Assembly: GCA_016184305.1 (NCBI GenBank)
Contig: JACPCX010000031.1
Location: 1-10,418, forward strand
Origin: Candidatus Rokuibacteriota bacterium
Lineage (GTDB): Bacteria > Methylomirabilota > Methylomirabilia > Rokubacteriales > CSP1-6
Direction: 5' to 3'
Length of the DNA stretch: 10,418 nt
In this document: piece after piece, positions 9,377 through 10,418 of the stretch
Layout of the letters: each line of letters begins with the position of its first letter
How positions within the stretch are numbered: the first letter of the stretch is position 1
Position numbers and translations under genes: made by a program
Notes under the pieces: model-generated
What the model was told of the DNA's origin: nothing
What the model saw: the letters and a program-made list of their open reading frames with translations, nothing else
Databases searched by the model: none

Positions 9377-10418
9377 ATGAAAGGCCTAATCCTCTCGGGT
9401 GGGCGCGGAACCCGGCTCCGGCCCATCACCTTCACCTCGGCCAAGCAGCTGGTTCCCGTGGCCAACAAGCCCATCCTTTTCTACGGCGGCCTCCGGGATC
9501 CGGGAGATCGGCATCGTGGTGGGCGATACGAGCCGGGAGATCCGCGAGGCCGTCGGGAACGGCGGTCGCTTCGGGGTCTCGGTGACCTATATCGAGCAAG
9601 AGGCCCCGCTCGGTCTCGCCCACGCCGTCCTCATCTCGGAGCCCTTCATCGGAGCAGACTCCTTCTGCATGTACCTGGGGGACAACCTGATCCGGGAAAA
9701 GCTCGCCCCCCTCGTGGAGCGCTTCCGTGAGGAGAAGCCCAATAGCCAGATCCTGCTGGCGCGGGTGCCCAACCCGAGCCAGTTCGGGGTTGCCGAGCTG
9801 CGGGACGGCAAGGTGGTGCGACTCATCGAGAAGCCCGAGACGCCGCCGTCGAACCTGGCGCTGGTGGGCGTCTACATGTTTGACGCCTCCATCTTCCGGG
9901 CCGTCAAGGCCATCACACCCTCGGCGCGGGGGGAGCTCGAGATCACGGATGCGATCCAGTGGCTCATCGACGCGGGCCAGGTCGTGCGCCCTCACGTGAT
10001 CGAGGGGTGGTGGAAAGACACGGGACGGCTCGAGGATCTCCTGGAGGCGAACCGCATCATTCTGGACACCCTGCTTCCCCACAGCGACGGCACGGTCGCG
10101 GACTCGGAGATCCTGGGCAAGGTCGTCGTGGAAGAGGGGGCGCGCGTCCTCAGGAGCACGGTCCGCGGCCCCGCCATCATCGGCAAGGGCGCGGTGATCG
10201 AGCACGCGTACATCGGCCCTTTCACCTCCATCGGCGATGGTGTCACCGTGCGGGGCAGCGAGGTGGAGCACTCGATCCTGCTCGAGGGCTCGAGCGTGGT
10301 CGATGTGGGTGCGCGCATCGAGTCGAGCCTGATCGGGCGCAACGCCTCGATCTACCGCACCGTCGCCAAGCCCCGGTCCTTCAACTTCATGCTCGGGGAC
10401 CGCAGCGAGGTCGGCCTC
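9377..10418 (+). pseudogene. rmlA: Glucose-1-phosphate thymidylyltransferase, long form (RmlA/RfbA-like with C-terminal hexapeptide region), frameshifted at ~9488; stop codon outside the window
   Basis: [37 protein letters not shown] (9377-9487). Homology then continues in another frame from 9489: [14 protein letters not shown]...[14 protein letters not shown]...MYLGDN...QFGVAEL...LIEKP...LALVGVYMF...PSARGELEITDAIQ...WWKDTG...FNFMLGDRSEVGL, open to the window end. It is either a true pseudogene or an assembly error. Confidence 0.85.

Noticed and set aside
9432..10342. - strand ORFs (9432..10271, 9587..9826, 9992..10342) and the 117-aa ORF 9377..9730 as a complete protein
   Set aside because: The - strand ORFs are shadows of rmlA. 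The 117-aa ORF is the true N-terminus followed by out-of-frame sequence after the frameshift.

Overview
High-GC bacterial DNA. The left 7.5 kb is the 5' end of a minus-strand NRPS operon with ATGA-coupled genes: a short carrier-protein ORF, then a 1697-aa A(acyl-CoA-ligase-like)-T-C-A-T enzyme whose loading domain resembles oxalate-CoA ligases, then a second C-A... NRPS that runs off the left edge. Next come a decayed ComEA/helix-hairpin-helix fragment (+) and a rhodanese-MoeB gene (-). The ORF track splits the MoeB gene in two, but it reads as one 407-codon frame with an in-frame UGA exactly at the conserved active-site-loop Cys, followed by a SECIS-like hairpin, so it is a probable selenoprotein. 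A divergent intergenic region holds two 23-bp palindromic repeats, a dyad-symmetric site and an extended -10 promoter. The window ends in a long-form glucose-1-phosphate thymidylyltransferase gene (+) that is frameshifted by an apparent ~14-nt deletion.
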